Part shown: piece after piece, positions 52,751 through 62,874 of the stretch
How positions within the stretch are numbered: position 1 is the stretch's first letter
Layout: each line of letters begins with the position of its first letter
Assembly: GCA_041659085.1 (NCBI GenBank)
Contig: JBAZYZ010000001.1
Location: 4,884 to 68,883 of the forward strand
DNA: 64,000 nucleotides
Origin: Minisyncoccota bacterium
Lineage (GTDB): Bacteria; Patescibacteriota; Minisyncoccia; Phycocordibacterales; VMEP01
Reading direction: 5' to 3'
Notes under the pieces: generated by a model
The model's input: only the letters and a program-made list of their open reading frames with translations
Told to the model about the DNA's origin: nothing
The model's database searches: none
Program-made: the position numbers and the translations under genes

Positions 52751-54727
52751 ATGGTTTTTATTGCTGTAAAACTATTTCTGTTTTTATTTGCAGTCATTTC
52801 TTTTGGCTATTTGGCGAGTTTTCTTTTTTTGAAAGAAAGAAAAATTTCCACCCTTATTCCGTTCTCTGTCCTTATCGGCGTAAGCGGATATGTATTTTTC
52901 GTCAACACATTTTCTTATTTTGTCGGAGTTAAGGAGGTTGTGTGGCTGGTATTACTACTATTTGTACTGTTTATTTTTTATCAAATTTACGCAAAGGGGA
53001 TAGGGGGATTTCGTCCGGAAATTGATTTAACAGGGAAAGAGTCTAAAATTCTTTTTAGTCTGGCAATAATAATTTCAATAACATCGGGGATTGTCGCCTT
53101 AAGAGCCCTTGACCCGGACGGATACGTTCATTTGACATTTTCCTCAACTATAAGTGAAGGGAATTTCCCTCTTATGAATCCGGTAGATCCAGACACGCTT
53201 ATTCCGTATCACTACGCGCCGGATTTGCTTTCTGCCGCGATGCATAGAGTAACCGGCGTCTCGCTATTGTGGGGTTACAATATTCAGACTTTCTTCTTTA
53301 GCGGCCTGACTTTTTTACTCGCTTTTATTTTGGCTTTTTATGTGACCGGAAGATTTTACACTTCAATAATTGCGTCTTTGTTTTTCTTCTTTGGAGCGGG
53401 GGCTCTTTTTTTGAATATTACACACGGATTTTCTCCCCTCTATCACAAGTATATTTTGGGTGAAAACGCAGTTGGCGCATGGAAATTTGTGGCCGAGATG
53501 CTTTGGCCTAAGATAAATAATTTTTATACTTATGCAATTAGAAATTACACAACGGTTATGGGCACGCCGATAATGCTTTCTGTCATATACTTATATTTTA
53601 AATTCATTGATGAAGGCAAAACTCAAATCAAAAAAATAATTATTGCAGGACTCCTTCTCGGTTTTTTGGCATTAAGCCTGGAAACAAATTTTGTTATACT
53701 GTCGTTCGTTTTAGGGCTATCCCTGCTCTATAAAATCTATTTGTTGTCTTGCAATAAGAACGATGATTTGAGAGAAAGGTATCTCAATGGCGTAAAAGTA
53801 ATAGTCCTTGTTTTGTTCATAGGTTCGGCAGTTGCGTATATGCAGGGAGGGGTTATAACCGCTTCTTTGAAGAGCGATAAAGGTGTCGTTGCCGGCCAAA
53901 GCTCCGGAGTTGGTGGGCGGCAGAGTTTTGTCTTGAATGGCAACCCTTCAGAACTTATAATTTCGCGTCAGGGAGAAGACAAGGTTCCAATATTTAGTTT
54001 GACCTTTTTAAAAGAATTCGGCCTTACTCTTATTTTGTTTCCGTTGGCAGTTTTTGTTTTCAGGAGAGATAAAAAAATATTATTTTTATCGTCAGTCGGC
54101 CTGACAGCTTTTTTGATTCCAATTTTCGTTATCTACGCTTCTTGGCCAGGGGAATTGGCCAGGGTATTTGTTGTATCTACTACAATTTTTTCTTTTGTTT
54201 CCGCTCTTTTTATCTGTCTTCTCTACGGTAAGTATAAAGAAAACATAAAAATTAAATCTATTTTGATTACCATCTCTTTGATGGTAATATTTGGTGGACT
54301 TTCTTTCCAATTAGTTTCTATGGTTACCCCGTACAGTAATTTTGGCAAGATTAGAGTTCCTTTTGCGGCGAGTCTTCCCGCGCTTTCTGATACTGACAGC
54401 AGGGTTTATGAATGGGTACGCGCCAATACAGTCAATTCATCCAGGTTTTTCCCCTACAATCAAAGATTAATAATTGAGACGGGCAGAATGTCTCCAAGCG
54501 ATATCGTTGGATTTGTCCCGAAGTATAAAATTCCGATTTACAAAGATATTGCTGATAATTGCGGGACAGATTCAATAAAGAAACTGGGAATAAATTATTT
54601 TGTCTTGTCTCCGGGCGGTTTTTCCAAGGAAAGTTTTCTAGGCAAATGTTCCTCACTTAATTCCGGTTTAGTTTTTAGCGTTAAGGAGGGCGGGGATTAT
54701 CGGGAGATTTACCAGATAAAGAATTAA
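52751..54727 (+). CDS. large polytopic membrane protein (~13 TM plus extracytoplasmic C-terminal domain); candidate GT-C-type glycosyltransferase/polymerase
   Basis: 658 aa; many hydrophobic helices; soluble C-terminal ~130 aa; no firm family motif identified. Confidence 0.6.
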   Translation: MVFIAVKLFLFLFAVISFGYLASFLFLKERKISTLIPFSVLIGVSGYVFFVNTFSYFVGVKEVVWLVLLLFVLFIFYQIYAKGIGGFRPEIDLTGKESKILFSLAIIISITSGIVALRALDPDGYVHLTFSSTISEGNFPLMNPVDPDTLIPYHYAPDLLSAAMHRVTGVSLLWGYNIQTFFFSGLTFLLAFILAFYVTGRFYTSIIASLFFFFGAGALFLNITHGFSPLYHKYILGENAVGAWKFVAEMLWPKINNFYTYAIRNYTTVMGTPIMLSVIYLYFKFIDEGKTQIKKIIIAGLLLGFLALSLETNFVILSFVLGLSLLYKIYLLSCNKNDDLRERYLNGVKVIVLVLFIGSAVAYMQGGVITASLKSDKGVVAGQSSGVGGRQSFVLNGNPSELIISRQGEDKVPIFSLTFLKEFGLTLILFPLAVFVFRRDKKILFLSSVGLTAFLIPIFVIYASWPGELARVFVVSTTIFSFVSALFICLLYGKYKENIKIKSILITISLMVIFGGLSFQLVSMVTPYSNFGKIRVPFAASLPALSDTDSRVYEWVRANTVNSSRFFPYNQRLIIETGRMSPSDIVGFVPKYKIPIYKDIADNCGTDSIKKLGINYFVLSPGGFSKESFLGKCSSLNSGLVFSVKEGGDYREIYQIKN

Positions 54728-54736
54728 GTAATTGCT

Positions 54737-55576
54737 ATGAATAGCTCTAATGAAATAGTCCAGGACAAAAAAACGGCTGACGCCTTCGCCAACTCGTGGA
54801 ACAATTTACCGTCAGGTTCTATTTATACGGAAGATCAGTTTACCGACTGGATGATGCCCTTGGAAAGGAAAGACATTGAGGGTAAAAGAGTATTGGAGCT
54901 CGGTTGTGGTAATGGGAGCCTGATGTCTCATATGGTCAGTTGGAATCCCTCATACCTTGAAGGAGTTGATTTGGGGGATTCGGTCTTGTCCGCGGAAAGT
55001 AATTTGAGGAAAACAAATTATAAGAATTGGAAAGTTACTAAAGGTGACCTCACTGAATATAGAAGCGCGGGATTTGATGTAGTCTATTGCATCGGAGTTA
55101 TCCATCATCTGAAAGTCCCTGAGAAAGGTTTTGAGTCGGTTATTAAAAATACAAAAAGGGGAGGACGGTTTCATGTGTGGGTATATGCCAGAGAGGGGAA
55201 TAGCATTATTGTTTATTTTGTGGACCCAATCAGAAAGGTTGTGTCCCATCTGCCATGGTGGTTTACGAAATATTTTGTCGCAACCCCTCTCGTTGTTCCT
55301 TATTACTTATACGCTAAGTTCCTGTCGCTGTTTAAAAGGAATTCGTTGTTGGAGAAATTACCTCTTTACGAATACAGTCTGTGGATATCAAAGAGAGAAT
55401 TCGCTTTTTTTAGGCATGTCGCCTTTGACCAGCTTGTTACTCCGCAGACCGCTTATATAAAGAAAGAGGTAATAGAGAGTTGGCTCAATTCATGTTCGGG
55501 AATAGATAAGACAAGCACGTATATAATTATGAGAAATGGCAATTCATGGAAATTCGGTGGCAGAGTAAAAATATGA
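54737..55576 (+). CDS. class I SAM-dependent methyltransferase
   Basis: 'RVLELGCGNGSL' motif I; 'FDVVYCIGVIHHL'. Confidence 0.7.
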   Translation: MNSSNEIVQDKKTADAFANSWNNLPSGSIYTEDQFTDWMMPLERKDIEGKRVLELGCGNGSLMSHMVSWNPSYLEGVDLGDSVLSAESNLRKTNYKNWKVTKGDLTEYRSAGFDVVYCIGVIHHLKVPEKGFESVIKNTKRGGRFHVWVYAREGNSIIVYFVDPIRKVVSHLPWWFTKYFVATPLVVPYYLYAKFLSLFKRNSLLEKLPLYEYSLWISKREFAFFRHVAFDQLVTPQTAYIKKEVIESWLNSCSGIDKTSTYIIMRNGNSWKFGGRVKI

Positions 55577-56721
55577 AAATTTTACTTATAAATTATGAAT
55601 TTCCTCCGCTTGGAGGCGGCGCAGGTAATGCAACAAAAAATATTGCGCGGGAGATGTCTTCCCTAGGCCATTCCGTGTTTGTAATCTCAACTTGGTTCAG
55701 TGGATTACCGGAAGAAGAAGTGACAGATGGTTATACGATATTAAGAGTTCATTCCTTAAGAAAGAAAGAGGACAGGTCAAATATTTTTGAGATGTTTGAT
55801 TTTGTCCGGAAAGTTATCGGAGAGAAGGATAAATTCGTCAAAAATTTTAAGCCAGACGTAATTATATCCTTTTTTGCCATACCAACCGGAATCATCGCAT
55901 ACTATTTTAAAAAGAAGTATGGCATACCATATATTTTATCTTTGCGTGGAGGGGATGTTCCCGGTTTTTTACCCATAAATTTAAGGTATTACCATACTAT
56001 ATCTTATCCGATTACCAATTTAATTTGGGAAAATTCCTCCGGTATTGTTGCAAACAGTAAAGGATTGCAAAAATTGGCGGAGAAAACGTCGTTAAGGTTT
56101 AATAAAAAAGTGGAGTATATCTCAAATGGAGTTAATACTGAGGAATTCTTTCCGGATTTGAATAAAAAAGATCCAGAAACACTTAATGTTATTTTTGTCG
56201 GACGCCTGACGGAGCAGAAGGGAGTCATATTTTTGATCAAGGCCATCGAGCGGCTTATAAAGGAAGATAAAAGCCTGAGAGGGGTTTTAAAATGTGATAT
56301 CATTGGAGACGGTCCGCTGAGAAAAAGCCTTGAAATTGAAGCAGAGAATAGGGATTTACAGGATAACATTAAGTTTTACGGCTGGATTCATCGGGAAGAA
56401 TTGTTGTTTTATTATCAAAAAGCCGATGTTTTTGTTCTGCCTTCATATGATGAAGGGATGCCCAATGTGATACTGGAGGCAATTGCTTCCGGGTTGGCTA
56501 TTATCGCCACAGATATTGCCGGCAACGAGGAGTTGGTTTCAGACGGCGTAAACGGCTTTCTTTATAAGGAGCAATCTGATTTACAAGGTTTGATTGATAA
56601 ATTCATAAAGAATCATGGTTTAAAGCATCAATTCGGAGCCTCTTCTCTTGAAAAGGCTCGGGAGTTTTCTTGGAAGTCAGTATCTGAAAAGTACATAGAT
56701 ATATGTCAAAAAATAAAATAG
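55573..56721 (+). CDS. glycosyltransferase family 4
   Basis: ATGA overlap; 'MKILLINYEFPPLGGGAGNA'; 'PSYDEGMPNVILEAIASGLAIIATDIAGNEELVSDGVNGFL'. Confidence 0.8.
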   Translation: MKILLINYEFPPLGGGAGNATKNIAREMSSLGHSVFVISTWFSGLPEEEVTDGYTILRVHSLRKKEDRSNIFEMFDFVRKVIGEKDKFVKNFKPDVIISFFAIPTGIIAYYFKKKYGIPYILSLRGGDVPGFLPINLRYYHTISYPITNLIWENSSGIVANSKGLQKLAEKTSLRFNKKVEYISNGVNTEEFFPDLNKKDPETLNVIFVGRLTEQKGVIFLIKAIERLIKEDKSLRGVLKCDIIGDGPLRKSLEIEAENRDLQDNIKFYGWIHREELLFYYQKADVFVLPSYDEGMPNVILEAIASGLAIIATDIAGNEELVSDGVNGFLYKEQSDLQGLIDKFIKNHGLKHQFGASSLEKAREFSWKSVSEKYIDICQKIK

Positions 56722-57449
56722 ACAATAAAAAAATCTATGATGACAATTGGGCAGATTGGGTTGATATGAAAATTTATGGTCCGGCCAGCCGCTGGCTACG
56801 CGGGCTAATAGGAGAACATCTCTGTTTGATTAATACGGAAAATATAAGTTCCGTTTTGGATGTCGGGTCGGGAGAGGGGACCATTACATATTACATAGCT
56901 AAGCATTTTCCGGAAGCTGAGGTGACTGGCATAGATTTTTCCCAGTCTGGCATCAATTGTGCCTCCGAAGCTTATAATTTGCCGAATCTAGATTTTATCC
57001 AAGATGAAGACTCCACTCATCTGAAAAATAAATATGATTTAGTCGCAGCTTACGAAGTTTTAGAGCATGTTGAGGACTGGGAAGGTTTGTTGGGGAGGAT
57101 GGCAGACGCGTCGAATAAATATATAATGCTGTCGTTTCCGGTTGGAAGAATGAGGTCGTTTGAGAAGATAGTAGGTCATTTGAGAAACTTTAAAAAAGGA
57201 GAAGTGGAGAATTTTTTGAGCGGAAAAGGTTTCAGGCCGGTTAATATTTTTTATGCGGGATTCCCATTCTATAACCCTGTTTACAGAGAGCTTTGTAATT
57301 TGACAAACTCCGCCGGGAATTCGTTTACCAAGGGTAAATACGGCTGGGGTCAGAAAATAACTGCATCTGTTTTTTATTTTTTATTCAGGTATTGTTCAAC
57401 GAAATATTTTTTAGGCAACCAGTTTTGCGGCTTATTTGAGCGTATATGA
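56703..57449 (+). CDS. class I SAM-dependent methyltransferase
   Basis: 'VLDVGSGEGTITYYIA' motif I; 'YDLVAAYEVLEHVED'. Confidence 0.7.
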   Translation: MSKNKIDNKKIYDDNWADWVDMKIYGPASRWLRGLIGEHLCLINTENISSVLDVGSGEGTITYYIAKHFPEAEVTGIDFSQSGINCASEAYNLPNLDFIQDEDSTHLKNKYDLVAAYEVLEHVEDWEGLLGRMADASNKYIMLSFPVGRMRSFEKIVGHLRNFKKGEVENFLSGKGFRPVNIFYAGFPFYNPVYRELCNLTNSAGNSFTKGKYGWGQKITASVFYFLFRYCSTKYFLGNQFCGLFERI

Positions 57450-58321
57450 CAATAACACCGGAGATCTACAAACGTGTTCTGGATATTTACGGCAATTATT
57501 ATGAGCCCATTACTGGCATATTACCCCAGAAGTTAACAGACGACGTTCTCTCTTTTAAAAAACCAATCGAGCAGATTGCTGTCATAGAAAGATATTCGGG
57601 CTCCATTAAAGGTAAGAAATTATTGGAGGTCGGATCAGGCTTTGGAATATTTGTTGTTACCGCAAGGCAGAACGGTATTGAGGCTTACGGTGTAGAGCCC
57701 GATTCCGAGGGATTTAACGGATCATATGAATTATCCCAGGAGATACTCAGTTTGAACGAAATTGACCCAGGGGTGATAACAAGCGGTATCGGAGAGGCGT
57801 TACCGCTCCCGGACCATTCGTTTGACGTCGTTTACTCAACAAATGTCCTAGAGCATGTCTCAAACCCGAGAGCTTTTTTGGGAGAGGCTATTCGCGTCTG
57901 TAAACCCGGGGGGTTTATACAAATTGTTGTCCCTAACTATGGTTCGTTTTATGACGGACATTATTCATGTTTCTACGTTCCTTATCAGCCCAAATGGTTG
58001 TGGAAAATATTTATTAAGTTATTCCACAAAAAAGACATCTCGTATATTGATACCCTGCGCACGGAAATAAATTATTTCGCGATGCTAAAATGGCTGAAGC
58101 CGTACGTAAGGAGCGGGGCAGTATCTATTTTAGGTATGGGCGAAGATATTTTTAGAGAGAGGATGGATAGTGTAGATTTTTCCGCTTGGGCCGGGCTGGA
58201 AAAAGTAAAAAACTGGCTAGCTCTTGTCCATAAGTTCAGGATTACAGAATTAGTAATATGGTTGCTCTTGGCTACAAAATCGTACTCTCCCTTGATTGTT
58301 ACTATCCGCAAGAATAAATAG
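57446..58321 (+). CDS. class I SAM-dependent methyltransferase
   Basis: 'LLEVGSGFGIFVV'; 'FDVVYSTNVLEHV'; 'GGFIQIVVPN'. Confidence 0.7.
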   Translation: MTITPEIYKRVLDIYGNYYEPITGILPQKLTDDVLSFKKPIEQIAVIERYSGSIKGKKLLEVGSGFGIFVVTARQNGIEAYGVEPDSEGFNGSYELSQEILSLNEIDPGVITSGIGEALPLPDHSFDVVYSTNVLEHVSNPRAFLGEAIRVCKPGGFIQIVVPNYGSFYDGHYSCFYVPYQPKWLWKIFIKLFHKKDISYIDTLRTEINYFAMLKWLKPYVRSGAVSILGMGEDIFRERMDSVDFSAWAGLEKVKNWLALVHKFRITELVIWLLLATKSYSPLIVTIRKNK

Positions 58322-58335
58322 AAGTTCCAATACCT

Positions 58336-59298
58336 ATGGATAAAAATATTAAATGGCAAAAGACAGGCAAGATTCTTAAGATTTTATTTTCACTTTTTCT
58401 GTTTGTGTGCGTCATCCTCGTCTTAAAGATAAATCTGCCCTCCGTACTTGTCTTCATAAAGAATATTCCGGTTGTTTATATTTTTTCAGCGCTGTTGGTT
58501 TATTTGCTCGCCGTTTTTGTGGCATCAATTAAATGGAGGTTGTTCCTCCCCAATTATTCAATAAGGCGAATTCTAAGATATACATTTGTCGGACAATTCT
58601 ACTCTGTTATTTTACCCGGGCAGTTTGTTGGGGAGGCGGCTAAGGCCTATCGCCTTGGGGCCGTGAACAAAAATTTGGAAGAGGTTGGCGCGTCCGTCTT
58701 ATTGGATAAGGCCACAGGTATATTGGGCATACTTATCGTCGCTTTTGTAGGAATTGTCTTTACTGGATCGTTTCTTCCTCCAGCCTTGCTCTATATTATC
58801 TTGTTCGGATTAATTATATGTGTATTGGTTTTGTTATTGCTCCGCAGGGAAGAAGTATATGTGTTTGTACACCGAAAGATATTGTCAGCAGAAGACAGAC
58901 ATCTTGCGCTGAATAGTTTTTTGCGTTTCATTCGTATTTTTGTTGAACATTGGCACGAATATTCAAGAAGGACAGGCAGACTATTGCTTAGCGTATTTGC
59001 CGGGGTAATATACCAGCTCTTGATAGTTGCTTTAATTGCCATTCTGGCTTCAGGGTTAAATATTTATCTTTCGTTTTTTGACTGGTCGTGGATATTCGGC
59101 ATTGTGTCTGTCTCAGTTTTCATTCCGGTTACAATAGGGGGAATAGGCTTGAGAGAGGGGGTGTTTGTTGGTCTTCTGTCCCTGCTTCATGTGTCGCCGG
59201 AATTGGCGGTATCGCTCTCCCTAGCTTCCTTTGCTTTTCAACTACTGGGGGCTTTGATTGGCGGAACATTTGAGGCGATGGAGTTAAAAAACCGTTAG
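58336..59298 (+). CDS. flippase-like membrane protein (UPF0104/YbhN/MprF-N-terminal-like)
   Basis: 8 TM helices; 'RILRYTFVGQFYSVILPGQFVGEAAKAYRLG' typical of lysylphosphatidylglycerol-synthase-TM-region-like proteins. Confidence 0.65.
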   Translation: MDKNIKWQKTGKILKILFSLFLFVCVILVLKINLPSVLVFIKNIPVVYIFSALLVYLLAVFVASIKWRLFLPNYSIRRILRYTFVGQFYSVILPGQFVGEAAKAYRLGAVNKNLEEVGASVLLDKATGILGILIVAFVGIVFTGSFLPPALLYIILFGLIICVLVLLLLRREEVYVFVHRKILSAEDRHLALNSFLRFIRIFVEHWHEYSRRTGRLLLSVFAGVIYQLLIVALIAILASGLNIYLSFFDWSWIFGIVSVSVFIPVTIGGIGLREGVFVGLLSLLHVSPELAVSLSLASFAFQLLGALIGGTFEAMELKNR

Positions 59299-59313
59299 AA
59301 ATCCAATTTAAAA

Positions 59314-61041
59314 ATGGAGAAAATTACCAAAATAATTCAGGAATACCGCTTTGTTTTGCTTCTAGCCGTTTTTTGTGGCGCTGTCTATGTGGCACCCCAT
59401 TTGTTTTTTAAGATTACCCTTGGGAACTCCTTCCACGGCATTGAACTTACACCAAGGGATGCGGAGACACATTACCTGTCAATGCTGAATGAGGTCAAAC
59501 AGGGATACCTTACCCATAGCAGCACATATTTGTATGAATATAAGGATAGTAAAGTGTCCCCGATTGAATATTCCGAGACATTTTACGGGACGATAATAAA
59601 ACTTTTCAATCTTGGAGCTCCTGGATTTTATTTATTTTGCGAGTTCTTTTTTCCGGTAGTTATATTTTTACTTTGGTATTATTTTTCCTTGCTTGTTACC
59701 AAAAACAAAAGGAGCGCTATTTTGTCAGCTCTTTTTTTAATGTTCGGTACCTACATTTTAAGCAACGTAAGCATCATAAAACAATTTGATATTTTATTTT
59801 GGAAGACGGCAAACATACCTCTCCTTGCCTACGGCAGAATTATAAATCCATTACTTACATTCCCATTCTTTTTTGCCGGTCTAATCTTCGCTTATAAGCT
59901 GTTCTCTGAGAACACAAAAAAAATGGCGGTCTTTTCCGGCATAGCTCTGGGAATAATGTTTTATGTCTATTTTTACTTTTGGACATATTTTTTAGCCCTG
60001 AGTTTTTTAATGCTGGTGTTCGGAGTGTCGAAAAAAGAGTGGCAATTGGTGAAAAATATTTCTCTAAGTATTTCTATATCTCTGCTCATTGGTTCATATT
60101 TTATTGTCAGTATGATAAAGACGGTCGTTAGTTCAGTTGGGGTTCAATCCGGAGGCTCATTATCTCCATATGTTTTTGCCTTAAGCCATAATCCGTCCCT
60201 GCCGTCCTTGGTGGTTTTGGGAGTGGCGTTATTTTCTTTTTTTATTTATTTGAGGAGGAGAAAGGGGATACCATTGGAGAGAGGGGATGCATTCATCTTT
60301 CTCCTGTTATCTACTGCCGTAGTTGTTGTTAATCAGCAGATAATAACTGGACGGTCTGTTGAACCGGGACACTTTCATTGGTATGCGAATGTGCCGGTTT
60401 TCTTTTTAACTGTAAGTTATATCATTGTCGACTTGTTGGGAAAAATAAGAATAAGATATCTTGGCAAAACGTTATTTATAATTTTATGTTTATATCTAAT
60501 CACGTTTGGCATAGGTACACAGGTTTCCGGATATAAACAGAGGTTTGATAATTTTTCTTATATTCAGAAATACGGAGCTGTCTTCGACTGGTTCAATAGG
60601 AATACGGAAAAAGAATCGGTTATTTTTGGCGGAAACGGATTTTCGGATCTCACTCCTGCATATACCCAAAATAATGTCTATTTTGCAGCTTACGGGGCTT
60701 ACTACCCGTCTAATCCGCTCGAACGCAGAATTCATACCGCATACATTTATTATTTCTTGGATAATAAAAAGGAGGACATTTTGCAAAAGATTTATCCATC
60801 CTTAACTTCAAATGGCTGTGTCAGCGCCGGATGTGTTGATTCTGACATTTTTGCAAAAACTATGGCTAATTATGGAGAATTTTTAAAGACGCCATTTTAT
60901 GAAAATTTGAAAAAATATAGGGTAGACTATATGGTCTGGGACAAAAACACGAACCCTTCATGGAATTTGGATAAGTTTAGTTTCTTAAAACCAGTCTATA
61001 ATTATGATAATGTTCTGGTTTATAAAATTTTAAACAAATGA
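59314..61041 (+). CDS. large polytopic membrane protein with extracytoplasmic C-terminal domain; candidate GT-C glycosyltransferase/polymerase
   Basis: 575 aa; ~11 TM helices then ~170-aa soluble domain; no firm family motif. Confidence 0.55.
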   Translation: MEKITKIIQEYRFVLLLAVFCGAVYVAPHLFFKITLGNSFHGIELTPRDAETHYLSMLNEVKQGYLTHSSTYLYEYKDSKVSPIEYSETFYGTIIKLFNLGAPGFYLFCEFFFPVVIFLLWYYFSLLVTKNKRSAILSALFLMFGTYILSNVSIIKQFDILFWKTANIPLLAYGRIINPLLTFPFFFAGLIFAYKLFSENTKKMAVFSGIALGIMFYVYFYFWTYFLALSFLMLVFGVSKKEWQLVKNISLSISISLLIGSYFIVSMIKTVVSSVGVQSGGSLSPYVFALSHNPSLPSLVVLGVALFSFFIYLRRRKGIPLERGDAFIFLLLSTAVVVVNQQIITGRSVEPGHFHWYANVPVFFLTVSYIIVDLLGKIRIRYLGKTLFIILCLYLITFGIGTQVSGYKQRFDNFSYIQKYGAVFDWFNRNTEKESVIFGGNGFSDLTPAYTQNNVYFAAYGAYYPSNPLERRIHTAYIYYFLDNKKEDILQKIYPSLTSNGCVSAGCVDSDIFAKTMANYGEFLKTPFYENLKKYRVDYMVWDKNTNPSWNLDKFSFLKPVYNYDNVLVYKILNK

Positions 61042-62198
61042 TCGGCAAGCTCAATAACATTTATATCCTGATCCTCTGTTTCATCTACGCGATTTTTCGC
61101 GGGAAGGCGACACGCAAGGCGGTGAATCCGCGGAAGATTCTTATTCTCCAGATGGCAAAACTTGGGGATATGGTTTGCACTACACCCATGTTCCGGGCGG
61201 TAAAAGAAAAATATCCTAAGGCGAAACTGTATGTGGTCGGTAATTCAATCAATAAAGAAATTCTTCTTGGGAACAACGATGTGGACGAGTATATAGTATG
61301 GAACAAAAATAACTTTTGGGAATTGGTTAAGCGTTTACGCGGGGGAAAAATAGATTTCGCCTGTCAGACGGGGCCAATCTTTGATTTTCTGGCCATGTTT
61401 TATCTGGCCGGCATTCCATCCATAGCTACTCCGAAAATAGAAAATGGTTACTGTCCGTGGGAAACTAAGGCCTATAAACTCTTGCGACGATTCGCGACAC
61501 TTATACCGCACAGGATGGGTTCATATGCCCCGAGGGAATATTTACGCCTCCTTGAGCCCATAGACATATATACTGACAATACGACAAAGTATCTGGCCTT
61601 TTCCAAAGAAGCCGGAAAAAGGGTTGAAGATATTTTTATTGAGAACGGAGTCGGGAAAGAAGAGTTTTTGTTTTGTATTTCTCCCGCTGCCGGAAATAAG
61701 ATAAAGCAATGGCCGGCTGGGAGATTTGCGAAAGTGGCAGACCATATTTATGGAAAATACGAGACGAAAATATTTATCATTGGCGCCAAGAATGATCGGA
61801 CCGAGGTTCTTGAGATGGTTTATAACTTGAATAAGGAAACAAAAGTGATAAACCTTTTGGATAAATTAAGCCTAGAAGAGCTGAAGGCTCTTATGTCAAG
61901 AATGAATATGTTCGTAAGCGTTGATACCGGCCCGATTTATATTGCTGAAGCTTTTGGCATACCGACGGTTGATATAACAGGCCCCATAGACGAGAATGAA
62001 CAGCCGCCGATTAGCAAGCTAAACCGAATTGTTAATATAAAAAACAGGAAAAAGCCGGAGCTTTATGTAATGAATGCGAGAGTATATGATGAGGCTGAGG
62101 CGAGAAGGCAGACAGAGGAAATAACGATGGAAATGGTCACAGATGAAATTGATGATTTATACGGTCATATAAAGAAAAATGATAAAAAAATTAATTAA
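61038..62198 (+). CDS. glycosyltransferase family 9 (ADP-heptose:LPS heptosyltransferase-like)
   Basis: 'KILILQMAKLGDMVCTTPMFRAVKEKYPKAKLYVVG' GT9 N-terminal signature; '...CISPAAGNKIKQWPAGRFA...'. Confidence 0.7.
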   Translation: MIGKLNNIYILILCFIYAIFRGKATRKAVNPRKILILQMAKLGDMVCTTPMFRAVKEKYPKAKLYVVGNSINKEILLGNNDVDEYIVWNKNNFWELVKRLRGGKIDFACQTGPIFDFLAMFYLAGIPSIATPKIENGYCPWETKAYKLLRRFATLIPHRMGSYAPREYLRLLEPIDIYTDNTTKYLAFSKEAGKRVEDIFIENGVGKEEFLFCISPAAGNKIKQWPAGRFAKVADHIYGKYETKIFIIGAKNDRTEVLEMVYNLNKETKVINLLDKLSLEELKALMSRMNMFVSVDTGPIYIAEAFGIPTVDITGPIDENEQPPISKLNRIVNIKNRKKPELYVMNARVYDEAEARRQTEEITMEMVTDEIDDLYGHIKKNDKKIN

Positions 62199-62874
62199 GA
62201 AAGGTTTGTTAACTGCCGGTCTTGAGATTAAAAGAAAATTAAAAGGAGGCCCCGACCCAATACATCTGTGGGAAACGGAAGAGCATTTTAATTCTTTATA
62301 CAGCCAGGTTAACACGCACACTCTGGTCAGTCGGGTTCGTTGCTTCATACTCTATAAGTTTTTTAGCCATACGAGGACACTTCCTGGGGACGTGGCGGAG
62401 GTTGGCGTTTATCGCGGCGGTACGGCAAAGTTTCTGGCTTTGCTTAATGGAGAATATCAGTTAAATAAAAATATTTACCTTTTCGACACTTTTGGCGGAA
62501 TGCCTGAAACTTCCGCGGAGAAGGACCTTCATAAGGAAGGTGATTTCTCAGACACCTCATTAGAAGGCGTTTTGGCTTATCTAAAAGGATTACAGAGGAT
62601 TTCTCTTCATAGGGGATTGTTTCCTGGGACAGCCGGTCCGGTAAAAGATAAGAAATTTTCATTTGTCCATCTTGACGTTGATATATACAAATCAGTTCTT
62701 GATTGTTGCGATTTTTTCTATCCCAGGATGGTACAGGGAGGAATTATTATTTTTGACGATTACGGTTTTGTCTCTTGTCCGGGGGCCAAGCTTGCGGTTG
62801 ATGAATTTTTTAAAGACAAGAAAGAGACACCTGTTTATTTGCAGAGCGGCCAGTGTCTTATTATAAAACTATGA
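62179..62874 (+). CDS. TylF/MycF-family (macrocin O-methyltransferase-like) SAM-dependent O-methyltransferase
   Basis: 'GDVAEVGVYRGGTAKFLA'; 'LFDTFGGMPE'; 'VHLDVDIYKSVLDCCDFFYPRMVQGGIIIFDDYG'. Confidence 0.7.
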   Translation: MIKKLIKKGLLTAGLEIKRKLKGGPDPIHLWETEEHFNSLYSQVNTHTLVSRVRCFILYKFFSHTRTLPGDVAEVGVYRGGTAKFLALLNGEYQLNKNIYLFDTFGGMPETSAEKDLHKEGDFSDTSLEGVLAYLKGLQRISLHRGLFPGTAGPVKDKKFSFVHLDVDIYKSVLDCCDFFYPRMVQGGIIIFDDYGFVSCPGAKLAVDEFFKDKKETPVYLQSGQCLIIKL

